A stretch of 64,000 bases of DNA from contig NC_043001.1 in NCBI RefSeq assembly GCF_006345805.1, forward strand, positions 77,624,001 through 77,688,000, given 5' to 3'. The position numbers and the translations under genes were made by a program. This document shows, piece after piece, positions 28,979 through 41,526 of the stretch. The stretch's first letter is position 1. Each line of letters starts with the position of its first letter. This DNA comes from Octopus sinensis. Lineage: Eukaryota. The notes beneath the pieces were generated by a model. The model ran no database searches, was not told the DNA's origin, and saw nothing but the letters and a program-made list of their open reading frames with translations.

Positions 28979-29454
28979 TATGAATTTCTGAATTAATTAA
29001 TCCAAGGCTAACTATACTATTTTATTAATTTCTGTCAGCCTACTCCTTTGATTTCAACATGTGCGGTATAAAGTGGTTCGACGATTTAACGTCTATTTTC
29101 AGTATAAGCATAGTCTCTTCCATGCCCTTAACTATAAATGTATTTAATACTATTATAAATCTCTATATATGAATTTACCTTAATAGGTCTATTTTATATG
29201 CTTGCCACTGATAAAATTTTTAACGATTTTATCCTTTATTATTATAAACATTTTCCATCCACTTCGGGAGAGTGTAGTCACTTCTGTACTACTCTGACCA
29301 AGTACACACGCGCTGAGTTAGACTACGTAATTCGATGCAGATATATTTGTGGCATTTGTACGCAATCGCAGTTTTGCGTTTGCTTTTCTGTGGATATGTA
29401 TAAATGCCTCAGTTATTTCCCTCGGTATACTTTGCTATTAAGGAAAAGTCATTA

Positions 29455-30083
29455 GACTAGTCCTGATCCCGAAATGTAGAACCACCGACATGGCAAAATA
29501 CTACCGGCCAATTGCATGCCAGAACCTAATGTATAAGATATATACAGTTTGTTTAAACCTTTTCCTCCAGGATCATTGTGAAACCAATAACATTATCACA
29601 GCAGAACAAGCAGCTGGGAACAAGGGATTCTGGAGATGTGCCGAGCCATTGTTAATTAACAAAACTGATGTCAGAGGTGCGAGAGCATAAGAGGAACCTA
29701 GTTTCAATGTAGACTACTAGAAAGCTTATGACTCTGTCCCCCACTCATGGATGCTAGGAGCCCTTTCCATGAGAATAGTCAAAGCCATAGCTGACCTGAC
29801 TTTATCGTGGGCCAACATCTTGAAATTAAACACGAAGAGTGACTGTTATTACCACCGATAGAATACAGTATGGCAAAGGCATATTCCAAGGAGGCAACCT
29901 CTCTGTGATGTTGTTTACACTTTCTGTAAACCCCTTGTCATTCATCTTAAAGAAGTCTGAAGGATATCTCACTGGTTCACAAGGAAACAGAAATACCAAA
30001 ATAACAGTTTCTTTGTGGATGATTTAAAACTTTGTGCAAAGAATATGCATGAGATTAAAAAAGAGCCTTGACCTAGTTACAAT
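29455..30083 (+). pseudogene. RT fragment of a second R4/Dong-like LINE family
   Basis: YRPIACQNLMYKIYT, EQAAG, LLINK, KAYDSVPHSW, GIFQGG.LS and FVDDLKL motifs in broken frames. Confidence 0.8.
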
Positions 30084-30342
30084 CTCAGAACTTAAAGACA
30101 GACGAAATGCCTATTTCGTTACTACCCACAAGGGGCTAAACACATAGAGGACAAACAAGGACAGACAAACGGATTAAGTTGATTATATCGACCGCAGTGC
30201 GTAATTTGTACTTATTTAATCGAACCCGAAAGGATGAAAGGCAAAGTCGACCTCGGCGGAATTTGAACTCAGAACATAGTGGCAGACGGAATACTGCTAA
30301 GCATTTCGCCCGGCGGCTAACGATTCTGCCAGCTCCCCGCCG
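30084..30342 (-). mobile_element. SINE family B
   Basis: Matches 13880-14147. Confidence 0.85.
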
Positions 30343-30900
30343 TAATTCACCAAAATATAGCAACAGAATTGCCATATTAATTACAACGAGATTTATATCC
30401 TATTTATATGGGATATAGTATATGCTAGCTTATAAGGGATGGGCAGAAAGTGAACTGAAAGAGAATGAGTTAAAGAAGCATGTTTCTTCATACCATAAAT
30501 GCACATTCGTTTTCGTTTTTTTTTTAAACTACAAATTAAGACGCCAGGAGGCGACAGAATACGTCAAATATATATTTCCAATAATTTGATATTCGATTCA
30601 GATTATCAGGACATTTTACAGGAATCTTTTGATTGATGACTAAGGTATTTGATTGGAAGAAGAATATATTTCTCGGAATATACTTCGAGAAAAATTCGAA
30701 ATGTGGATATAATTATTGCATTGTGTGTATCATGGTTATATTTATATATACTTATGGAGAAGGATTAAAAGAGATAAAGAATGGTTTAAAACAGATGAAC
30801 TTGGAAGGATTATTTCTCTTTTAGTCCGCAAGGCAGGACATTTTTTCTTTTTTACTCTCTTCGTATTTGTTTCCTGTTTCGGATTAAATGCAATTCCTGA

Positions 30901-30978
<78 letters not shown>

Positions 30979-31387
30979 AACGCATATATATATATATAAT
31001 ATATATATATATAATATATATATATATATGTATATGTGTGTATGTATATATATAACACGTGCATATATACATACGCATGGGCACATATAAATATAATATA
31101 CATAATGCATAAAATCAATTATTAACAATTGCATAAAATCAATTATTAACGCGTATTTAGTTTAAACATCTAGAAACATAGATGATTATTATAATCATAG
31201 ATGCTATCAAATTTCTAGGCTACCAAAACACGGCCAGGATATTATTACATCATCTGCTTAATATTATCAGCAATATTATCTAAAAAGTTCTGTCACAAAA
31301 TGAATATAAGTATGCATATATATATATATATATATATGTACGTTGTCATGTGATACAACTATCTCTCTCTTTCTGCATATAATTATC

Positions 31388-31635
31388 AACAAACATAGGT
31401 ACATACACAATGGCCCAGAGAATCGCGGTTTCGCGAAAACACCTAAAGCTCTACGAGGCTCCGGCAGGGGGTGGTGGCGACCCTTGTTGTACTATTTAGC
31501 CCCAACTTTCTCTCATTGTTTTTTGGGTAACGCTGCGATGGACTGGCGTTCCGTCCAGCTGTGAAGGAACGTATACGCCACAGAAACCGGAAAACCGGAC
31601 CCATGAGCTTGGCTCGGCTTGAAAAGGGTGCATGA
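31388..31635 (+). mobile_element. SINE sharing its centre with family C but with a different 3' module
   Basis: AAACACCTAAAGCTCTACGAGGCTCCGGCAGGGGGTGGTGGCG...AACTTTCTCTCA, then GGGTAACGCTGCGATGGACTGGCG...GCCACAGAAACCGG. Confidence 0.7.
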
Positions 31636-32212
31636 TTAAAGTAATTAAAACACACACACATAAACACACACACACACACACACACATACACACACACACG
31701 CACACACACATGTACGTATATTATATTGTATATTTCCAGAAGCGAAGATAATTTTAATAACCCAAGTATTTCTATACTTAATATATATTATTAATTTCTG
31801 TTCAAAATTTTTGCCACTGGCTACTTCAAGTATTTTTGCTCTGAGCATACTCTTGTTTTAATTATACAAACTACCATACGTCATAAATGTTCTGTACTCT
31901 TTTAGTTAAGCTACTCGTAGTTAAATTAAGTTAATTTTTTGGCTCAAAAAGCAAAAAGCAAGGCCATGTAGGAGTGCGTCTTCGGTTTAATGGAATGGCA
32001 ATTTCAGAGAGCTTTTGATTTTCACATTTGGTTTTTTTCCTTTTTTTTTAGATTTGTTTCAATTTGCCACGCGGTGATAGTTTTACCTTTTCTGAAAATT
32101 ATAATCTTAATCAATACACAAACACATATATACATATGTATTCATATACGTGTGTATATATATATATATGTATGTGTGTGCGTGTGTGTGTGTGTGTGTG
32201 CATGTGAGTGAG

Positions 32213-32513
32213 TGTGAAGGCGTGTGGCTTAGTGGTTAGAGCATTCGGTTCACGGTCGTAAGGTCCTTAGTTCGATTCCTGGCGACACGTTGTGCGCTTG
32301 AGAAGACACTTTATTTCACGTTGTTCCAGTTCTCTCAGCTGACAAAAGTGAGTAGTGTCTGTAATTCCGTGTCATGCTGAATCTCCCCGAGAAGTACGTT
32401 AACGGTACACGTGTCTGTGGAGTGCTCAGTCACTTGCATGTTAATTCAAAGGGAAGGCGGTTCCATTGATCGGATCAACTGGAATCTTCTCTGTCGTAAG
32501 CGACTGAGTGGTA
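32213..32513 (+). mobile_element. SINE family D
   Basis: GTGAAGGCGTGTGGCTTAGTGGTTAGAGC...AGTTCGATTCC; homologous to 24489-24818. Confidence 0.8.
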
Positions 32514-32574
32514 GTATATACATATACATATATACATACATACACACACACACACACACACTTATATATCACCG

Positions 32575-32880
32575 TGATCACCGTGACCGACCAGGCTATC
32601 AGATGTTGTTACACATCGCTGGTCACAATGCGCTTCGCATTGTTTTAGCCTTCAAATGACGCCACCCCGCTAGGTAAGGGAGCAGGCCAACAGAAGAAAG
32701 AGTGAGAGAAAGTTGTGGCGGAAATATACAGCAGGGGTCACCACCACCCTCTGCCGGAGCCTTGTGGAGCTTTAGGTGCTTTCGCTCAATAAACACTCAC
32801 AACGCCCGGTCTGGGAATCGAAACCGCGATCCTACGACCGCGAGTCCGCTGCCCTAACCACTAGGCCATTGCGCCTCCAC
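32575..32880 (-). mobile_element. SINE family C
   Basis: Full tRNA-like head on the minus strand; homologous to 2249-2534. Confidence 0.85.
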
Positions 32881-32950
32881 ACACACACACACACACACAC
32901 ATACACACACACACACACACCACACACACACACATACACACACACACACA

Positions 32951-32997
<47 letters not shown>

Positions 32998-33019
32998 ATT
33001 TATATATATATAATATGTA

Positions 33020-33066
<47 letters not shown>

Positions 33067-33068
<2 letters not shown>

Positions 33069-33490
33069 CAATAATAATTCTCTAAATGAGGTATAGACAG
33101 TGACTGCTCCATAATATAAGGGACATTAGCCAACCGAATATGGCTAGGGACAGGGCAGGGTGGTGGGGTGTGTCACTGTTGCATTTAGCCCCAGGCGAAC
33201 ATCAACGTCACCAGATAGGCCGACGCCATCACGGCGTCCTCTATCTTGCAAAGGGAGATCATTCCCCAAGAAGCGGATGCCACACACGGACCTAGGTTCA
33301 AGGTGTATTGCCTATTATCAACGTGTGGTAGGCACCGCTTCTCGACGAACGACACACCGTGCAAGATACATATAAAGATTTTCAAGTAAATACATTTACT
33401 GATTTCGAAAATCTGTTCGACAGCAATAATAATTCTCTAAATGAGGTATAGACAGTGACTGCTCCATAATATAAGGGACATTAGCCAACC
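33067..33490. repeat. Perfect 69-bp direct repeat (33067-33135 and 33422-33490)
   Basis: AGCAATAATAATTCTC...GGACATTAGCCAACC occurs twice, period 355 bp. Confidence 0.9.
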
Positions 33491-33556
33491 TGGAACTCAA
33501 CTATATTCACCATTACCTGACACCTTTGGGTCTCACTGACACCTTACCTCTCATAA

Positions 33557-33611
<55 letters not shown>

Positions 33612-33614
<3 letters not shown>

Positions 33615-36600
33615 GGGCGTGCACTCTCAGCAATGCAAGGTATGCGCTGCATGCCTTCCTTGTTTCAAAGAAAATACGTCCAGTTGTTTTAGAAATATTG
33701 TCTCCACTTCGTACATCTGCTTTGATAAATGCTTTTAGAAGATCGCATGATACACACTCCCTCTCTGTCTGTATAGTTTGTTCCTTCTTCCTCTCTCTCT
33801 CTCTATCTTAGTGACTCGATAAATTTATCGCTTGTCATGCGTTGGGAAGACAGCATGAGTCCCTTCTCTCTGTCTTTGATAGTTTGTCCCTTCTCCCTCT
33901 TTCTTTGTTTAAAAGATATACTACGAGGAATGGTCACCCCCTTCTCTCTCAGCGATTCGACAAATTCAGTTTGGCGTGTCATGCTGTGCTTAGATCGCAT
34001 ATCACACCTCTCTGGCTATTTTGACCGGAACAAGAGCCGTCCCATATTCTTGTTTTAGCCAGCGGAAATGTTGAATAGCCTTCGCATGTAAGCTTGAAAT
34101 TTTTTATCCAAAACATCCGTTGCACTATCATATTTTTAGAAAGTTTTGAAAGCAAAAATATCTACATTATATTTCTTATTTCAGAAATAGCTAATTAATC
34201 TTAAATTAATTTAACAAAGGGTATTTTTCCGTTTTGTTGAAATTGACTTAAAATTTACGCCGTACTTCCACGTGGGTCCTTAAATAAGAGCAGCCTTTTT
34301 CAAAATGAGTGAAATGTGTGCTATAAACGATTTTTGAGAACTAGTTTTTCTAAAAGGGACTTCGATGGGAAAAAATTAATTATAAATCGCGGGAGACCAA
34401 CACCGAATTTACCTAATTTGCGAAGCTACAACAAGAAATTCACGAGACAATTTCAGGTTAATTCGTATGAAAAGAAGAAATGGTTAACTGGAAGTGTTGC
34501 TCTTAATAAATTATTCTGTTGGCCGTGTTTACTTTTTGGCTTAGAAAAAAATGTTTGGAATGATAAAGGCTATGATGATTTAAATAATTTACATATGGCT
34601 ATGCTAAAGCACGAGCGTTCTCAAAGGCATATAAAATGTTTGATAGACCTTAAAATATTCGGGAATGTTCGCATAGACTTACAATTAGATGCACGTAAGA
34701 ATCAAAGCATACAACAGCATAATGAGGAAGTTCGACGAAACAGATCCATTCTGCAACGATTGATCGATGTTGTTATTTTTTTAGGCCTCCAGGAATTATC
34801 GTTTCGGGGTCATTTTGAATCTGAAGGCTCTAATAATCGGGGAAATTATAAAGAACTCGTTTATTTGATCAGTCATTTAGATACAGCTTCTATATTCACT
34901 GGTCTGTCGAACAGAATTCAAAATGACTTGATCGAAGCAATTCATAAAGTTATGTTGAATGAGATGCAGAAGGAAATTGACCAAGCTAAGTTTGTTTCTA
35001 TTCTTGTTGATGAGACATCTGATGTCTCAGCATCTTCACAACTGTCAACAGTTTTACGTTATGTTACAGAAGACTGTGTGACGAAAGAACGATTTATCGG
35101 TTTTAGTGATGTTAGTGCAGATCGATCTGCAAATGCTTTATCTGAACATGTTTTTAAATGCATTGAGACGTGGGAATGTGGAAACAAATTGATTGCGCAG
35201 ACATATGATGGTGCCGCTACAATGGCAGGACAACTAAATGGGTTACAGGCAAAAGTAAGAAAGAAATATGAATGTGCGATCTTTATTCATTGTTGTGCCC
35301 ATATCCTAAATTTAGTTCTTTCACAATCATGCTCTGCTATGAAAGAATGCAAGATATTTTTTCTACAATAAATGGACTCGGTACATTTTTTACGAAATCA
35401 CCGAAAAGGACTAATGCATTAGATAATATTGTTAAAAAAGATTTCCGAAAGCAACAGCAACTAGATGGAATTACTCCTCACGTCTTATTATTACCACAAA
35501 GGAAAATTATAATTTCATAATCAGCCTTTTTGAACACATCATTGAAAATCCTGAAGCATGGGATGAGACCACCATAAATTCAGCAATTGGATTCTTACAC
35601 ACTTTAAAAGCTCCTGATTTCTTATTTTTGTTAGAGGTATTCAGTGACATTTTTTTTTACTGACGTCTTATTTAACATACTCCAGAGTAAAAGTCATGAC
35701 ATAGTGTATTGTAAACAGCAAATAGATAAAACTAGAACTGTACTCGAAAACAAACTTGATAATTTTTCAGTCTTTTATGATAGGTTAGGGGAAAAATATG
35801 GAGTCGATGCAGGAATCGGAATTCAGAGATCCAAGAATATATCTATTGATCCCCAACGACATTATAGAACGCTTTATAACAAAATTATAAGTACAATAGT
35901 TGACCAAATAAAAGCACGATATTCATCCTTAGAAGAGTTTAAATTCATGGAACTTTTGAATTTCAACAAAGTTGATGAGTATTGCAAACAATTTCCTGTG
36001 GACTCTTTAGATTCTTTAAGAACAACTTATGGCAGATTTTTTGATGTAATACGATTACAAAGTGAGCTCAATGTGATGTATTCAATGAAATATTTTAAAA
36101 AACCAAGTGTAAGTCATTTAATGAGTTACATTAACAGCACTGATCTTGTGAAGCTATGCCAGAACTCTTCAATCTGTGCAAGTTGATTTTGACAATTCCG
36201 TCTACCACTGCTTCTGTAGAGCGATCCTTTTCTGCATTAAGTAGAATTAAAACATACCAAAGAAATGCGACAGGAGAAAGAAGACTGTCTGGGTTAGCAC
36301 TAATGTCAATTGAAAAAGATTTATTACAAGAATTGATGAGAAGAGAGATTTCTATGAAAATGTGATAGATATATTTGCCCAGAAAGATCGAAGAATTGAA
36401 TTAATTTATATAATGAGCAGTAAAATTAAAACATTAAAAAATATATATATTAAAGAGCATATATTACAGGTTTTGCTTAGTGTTTGTTATAACGTAAGGT
36501 TCGACCTTCTTACATCAGTATTGTTTCGCAGGAGAAATGTTTTGATTTCTTCGTGAAACCTACCTACATAGATTTCCCTTTCTGTGCTGCTGGGTGTAGT

Positions 36601-37358
36601 CTATTTACGGCCGTAAATAAGTGTTTTGTTTCACTTTCAATAAGTGTATTGTTTCAATCTCAGAGATGTTGACTTCTGCCACAACAGTTTTGGGAGGCTT
36701 TTTACAATGTTGAATTTTCGCTGTCTTTCATTGTGTGCGTATTCATGTATATGCGTGTATTTTCAATGTTTGTGCGTGAGACGTAGTCCTTTAATGTACA
36801 GAGTTCAGTAAGTCTCAGAACAGTCAATAATTTTCCCGGAATTGACAAGTAGCATGATAAAGAATCTGACTTGTCTTCGAGAGCGTAACGATCTAAAACC
36901 ATGGCCATATAATGTAACTAAATGTGTTTTTAATAAATCATTTCATTCAGCTCAACCAATAGGTATAGGGGCTAATGCAGAATCGCACCCCTTTGAAAAA
37001 CGAATATATGTGAAAATTTTTTTCGGATTCCTACCTTTAACAGAGATTCTGAATATGCAAAAATATTGACAGAATCCAATTTTATCTTTATTACATTTCA
37101 CTTATGATTTTTAGACTTTTCTAAGGGAGAATGAGGATGGGAAAGTACTGACGTTTCGAAGAGCAAAGAATAATACAAACAATACACTTATTTCAGGATC
37201 ATCTCTGCACAGCCATTTTTATTCCCTGTTTAATCTGCATATTCAGAATCTCTTATATGTAAATCGTAGGAATACGAAAATGTTTTACTGAAAAATTGCC
37301 GGGGGGGGGGGGCAATGAAAATTGCATGCCCAACGCCGGAAGTCACCGCACGCCACTG
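33612..37358 (+). mobile_element. Full-length hAT DNA transposon (Tip100-like) inserted in (TA)n
   Basis: 11-bp TIRs CAGGGGCGTGC and GCACGCCACTG (one mismatch); flanks ATATATAT and ATATATAA fit an 8-bp TSD; internal transposase. Confidence 0.88.
34305..36413 (+). pseudogene. hAT transposase (ZMYM1-like: TTF zinc finger, DUF4371, hAT dimerisation domain), frameshifted as assembled
   Basis: LFCWPCLLF, FRGH.E..NRGNY, IQNDLI, LVDETSD, QTYDGA, HCCAH, TRWN and SVERSFSAL motifs; about 700 codons broken by six frameshifts. Confidence 0.9.
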
Positions 37359-37744
37359 ATATATAATATATATATATATATATGTATGTATGTATGTATG
37401 TATTCGCATATACAGATATATATGTTTGTATCGATCGATACTAATTCAGGCATATACTACTATACAAGAAATAAATGAAGTTGAAAATCTACAGACTATA
37501 TATTTTTGCTGTTATGCAAAAGTGTTGAGAGTCCAAAATGTTGCTTTTTCAGAGTACGAAAAAATATTTCCTCCATTCCATAGGAAAATCGTTGTACTAC
37601 ACTTTGACAAATTTTGAAATCTTGGCTTCTGAAGCAAATATTGAAAAAATACGCATTTGACACAATTTGGTCATATGACAGTTCAACAACGATATGAAGA
37701 TTATGTTTTAAAATTTACATGCGGATGTGTGTGTGTGTGTGTGT

Positions 37745-37818
<74 letters not shown>

Positions 37819-38179
37819 ACTTAATCAGTTTCACATTTGGTCATTTTCAACAGTGTACGGTTTGGGGAGCGTAGAGCCGTGTAACAAAATGCATCGTTTC
37901 TAGCTACAGTTCTAAAAATCGTATGCTTTTATGGACAGAATGTGGCTAAGATAACGTGGAGATGTATTAGTTTAATGCTCGGGAAGTGAAAAAGTCTTTA
38001 ACGTTTCGACAGAAAGGGACACAGAAAAGGACAAGGAGAGGATATAAAGAATGTGTAGTGGCTAGCGATCTAAATATATTTATATATATATATACATATA
38101 TATACATATATATATGCAAACACATACATACGTACATATATATATATATTATATTATATATATATACACCTATATATAT

Positions 38180-38233
<54 letters not shown>

Positions 38234-38395
38234 TTAATAAAAGGGTTCAGCAAAGATTTTTTGATGAACCCTTTTATATAGTATTACCTGAGTTTACCGT
38301 GAAATGGTCCTTTTTCATACAGAATTCTACTTGGTGAAATTATTGATTACTTCTTAATTAATTAATTTTACCCTTTGTTATTATATATATATATG

Positions 38396-38702
38396 TTAGC
38401 CCGAGTATAAATTTAGTAAGGTCAACCTGTATCTGCAAGCCGATTTAATTTCTGCCAACGCTAACTTCAAATATATAATTGCAGTCAATAACTCGTCGGG
38501 CGGTCGTCTTATAGGTGCTATATATAAAAAAAAGTATTGTTCGTAGCAGTAGTTACAGGCCGTGTTGGTATCTATAACCGTAAAAATTAAAAGTAATCCA
38601 AATTAAATGATTTCTTGAAACAATAAATGTGTATAGCGATTAGGATTCAAATTCCAATCTCTGGAAAGTTTCAGTTCCAACATATCCAGCAACTCGGGCT
38701 AA
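38396..38702. mobile_element. Possible MITE with 11-bp inverted termini
   Basis: TTAGCCCGAGT ... ACTCGGGCTAA; no ORF inside. Confidence 0.35.
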
Positions 38703-39206
38703 TACGAACGAGCCTGGTGGGTGTAAAAGACTCTTGTCAAGAGTACAGGCGACAGACTCAATGCTGATTTTTGTGCACCTCGTTGTCGTTATTTGATTGT
38801 TGTTATTTAGTGCGTCTGAGTTGTGTTTTGCTTTATGTTCGCCCTTAACTTAGAAATGGAGAAAATCATATTACATAAATATAAAATATAAGCCATTTGA
38901 TGCTAGAAAGATTGCGGAAAAACACGAAATTATTCATGTCATGTATCTTATGCGAAATCTGTGATGAATCCGAGCGATGAAATCTGTGATGAGCCGGAGT
39001 GACGCTGATGACCTGGTGTCGCCTCTGATATATATATATGTATGCATGTATGTATGTATGTATGTATGTATGTATGTATGTATGTATGTATGTATGTATG
39101 TATGTATGTATGTATGTATGATGTTGTATGTAGTTTTGTGTATGTATGTATGTAGTATGTATTATTTATGTATGTATGTATGTATGTATGTATGTATGTA
39201 TGTATG

Positions 39207-39294
<88 letters not shown>

Positions 39295-39449
39295 TTAATT
39301 TAAATAATTGGATAAACAAATTTCCAAATCAATCAGGTACAATCCTTCAGCACTATATGCATCTACATATCGTATCTTGGGGTCTTATTTATCATATATT
39401 CATATATTCATCTATAAATATACAAAGTATCTGATAAAAGTCAATATTA

Positions 39450-40371
39450 ATTCAATTTTGGGGATTAATCGATATGCGAGTATTCTATTTCAGATAATAC
39501 AAAAAAGAAACTAATATGTATATCGGAAAGTAAACTCATGGTATGAGTTTGTACATCACGAATTAGTACTTAAAGGATATAATCAAAATTACCAGCTGGG
39601 TATATATATTATACTTCATTAATTATCTCCTACTTTAGCTAATACTTAAATTTATCAAATATAAAGGAACTATACGTGTTTCAGTATTGGAAGATTACAA
39701 TATATATAAATATACACAACTGTATACACACATACATACACCCCCCACACACTTACACACACACATTAGTACATATATGCAATTGTCAAATTTACAATTA
39801 TTCTAACACATCTTCAGATTCTTTTTCAAACTATTATGTATCTAATTTCACATCCCTTTTAAAAAATAAGTAATACAATTTAACATTAAAGATTAAAAAT
39901 AAAAAATAAAAATAATACTTATTAATATTAAGAATTAAAATTTATAAATTATGCATTATAAATATGAATTAGTATATATATCAATCATGTAAAATCAAGT
40001 ATATGTGAACTACAGAATGTGAGATATAAAATCATACATCGGAATAAAAATGTCTGTGTTTAAATGTGATATGTAAGAAGAAAAATTGAAATACATATCT
40101 TCCTTTTTTTTCTTGCTGGTACTAAAATGGTGATTAGAGGAAACGACAGCAGGGAACTATGGGTATTTATAGGTGATTAGTACCAAGGGGGTACTTACAC
40201 TATACATAGTTCTAATTTTAAATTATCCTCTTTTATCTATATCCTTTAAGTACTATTTCGTGATGTGCAAACTCATACCATGATTGTACTTTCAGATATA
40301 CTCATTAGGTTATTTTTTTGTATTATGTGAAGTAGAATACTCGCATATTGATTAATCCCTAAAAATTGAAT
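39450..40371. repeat. Diverged ~130-bp inverted repeat (39450-39581 and 40238-40371)
   Basis: GGGATTAATC.ATATGCGAGTATTCTA...CATGGTATGAGTTTG.ACATCACGAA.TAGTACTTAAAGGATATA is mirrored. Confidence 0.8.
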
Positions 40372-40520
40372 ATGTATAAGTCTATATATTATATTTAACT
40401 CATTCTCTCTCAGATCACTTTCTGCCCTTATCTCATGACTTAGCATATACCGTATTCTATATAAACACGATAATTAATATGATAAGTCGCTTAGCGGTTC
40501 TGATTATATATCTATATCTA

Positions 40521-40610
<90 letters not shown>

Positions 40611-40614
40611 GTAT

Positions 40615-40663
<49 letters not shown>

Positions 40664-40671
<8 letters not shown>

Positions 40672-41475
40672 TTAATAAGGGTGAGAGAATTAGATACTAA
40701 TTAATAGTATATCTATTCAACACCAAGTGGCCCAGTGCCCCGAGAAACCTGGATTATTATAATATTTTATAATATATTATAATGTTTTATACAAAAATAA
40801 ATATAAGACAGTGGTCACTATGGGGCTCACTCTAGCACTAGTAAATCCAAAAGGTTTCAACCACAAAAATACATGTTTCCCATGAAAGTCAGTACGATTG
40901 TTAGCTCACACGAACAGGGCAAATAAAAAATAACAAAAATACAGATTATTTTGGGACAATTGTTTCGCTATTAATGAATTAAATGCAATTTTACTCACAA
41001 AAAAATCACTTGTAGCTCCTCAGCCAAAACTATCTGGATGAAATCCACTCAATCACACGCCAGATTTTACCATAACGATAAATACACGTGTGGTTCAATT
41101 GATTACATCCGACGTTATAATTCAAATGCCCCTACCAACAGCGCGCCAAACTTTCACGGAAACAAATACTACACTTAGAAATAAATGTAGCATAATTATA
41201 ATTAATTAATAAGGGTGAGAGAATTAGATACTAATTTAATAGTATATCTATTCAACACCAAGTGGCCCAGTGCCCCGAGAAACCTGGATTATTATAATGT
41301 TGTTATTCTTGTTTGTATTTCTAATCGTGTAACATTTTCGCCGTTCTCTCATTTTTTTGTCCGTGTTGTCGCACATATTCGCTCGCTTTCTTCCAAAAAT
41401 TTAATGTATTTTTGTGGTTGAAACCTTTTGGATTTACTAGTGCTAGAGTGAGCCACATAGTGACCACTCTCATAT
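40664..41475 (-). mobile_element. Non-autonomous Penelope-like/retrozyme-like element: partial tandem plus inverted segment, with hammerhead
   Basis: ~100-bp direct repeat (40664-40763 and 41198-41298); inverted copy of 40810-40874 at 41404-41468; hammerhead at 40949-41029. Confidence 0.7.
40949..41029 (-). ncRNA. Type I minimal hammerhead ribozyme
   Basis: Minus strand TTTTGG-CTGAGGA-GCTA(long loop)TAGC-GAAA-CAATTG-TC-CCAAAA: full core, 6-bp stem I, 4-bp stem II, GUC site, palindromic stem III. Confidence 0.8.

Positions 41476-41523
<48 letters not shown>

Positions 41524-41526
<3 letters not shown>

Noticed and set aside
34316-35371. Host ZMYM1 gene
   Set aside because: Intronless, enclosed by TIRs and a TSD, and without MYM fingers; it is a hAT transposase.
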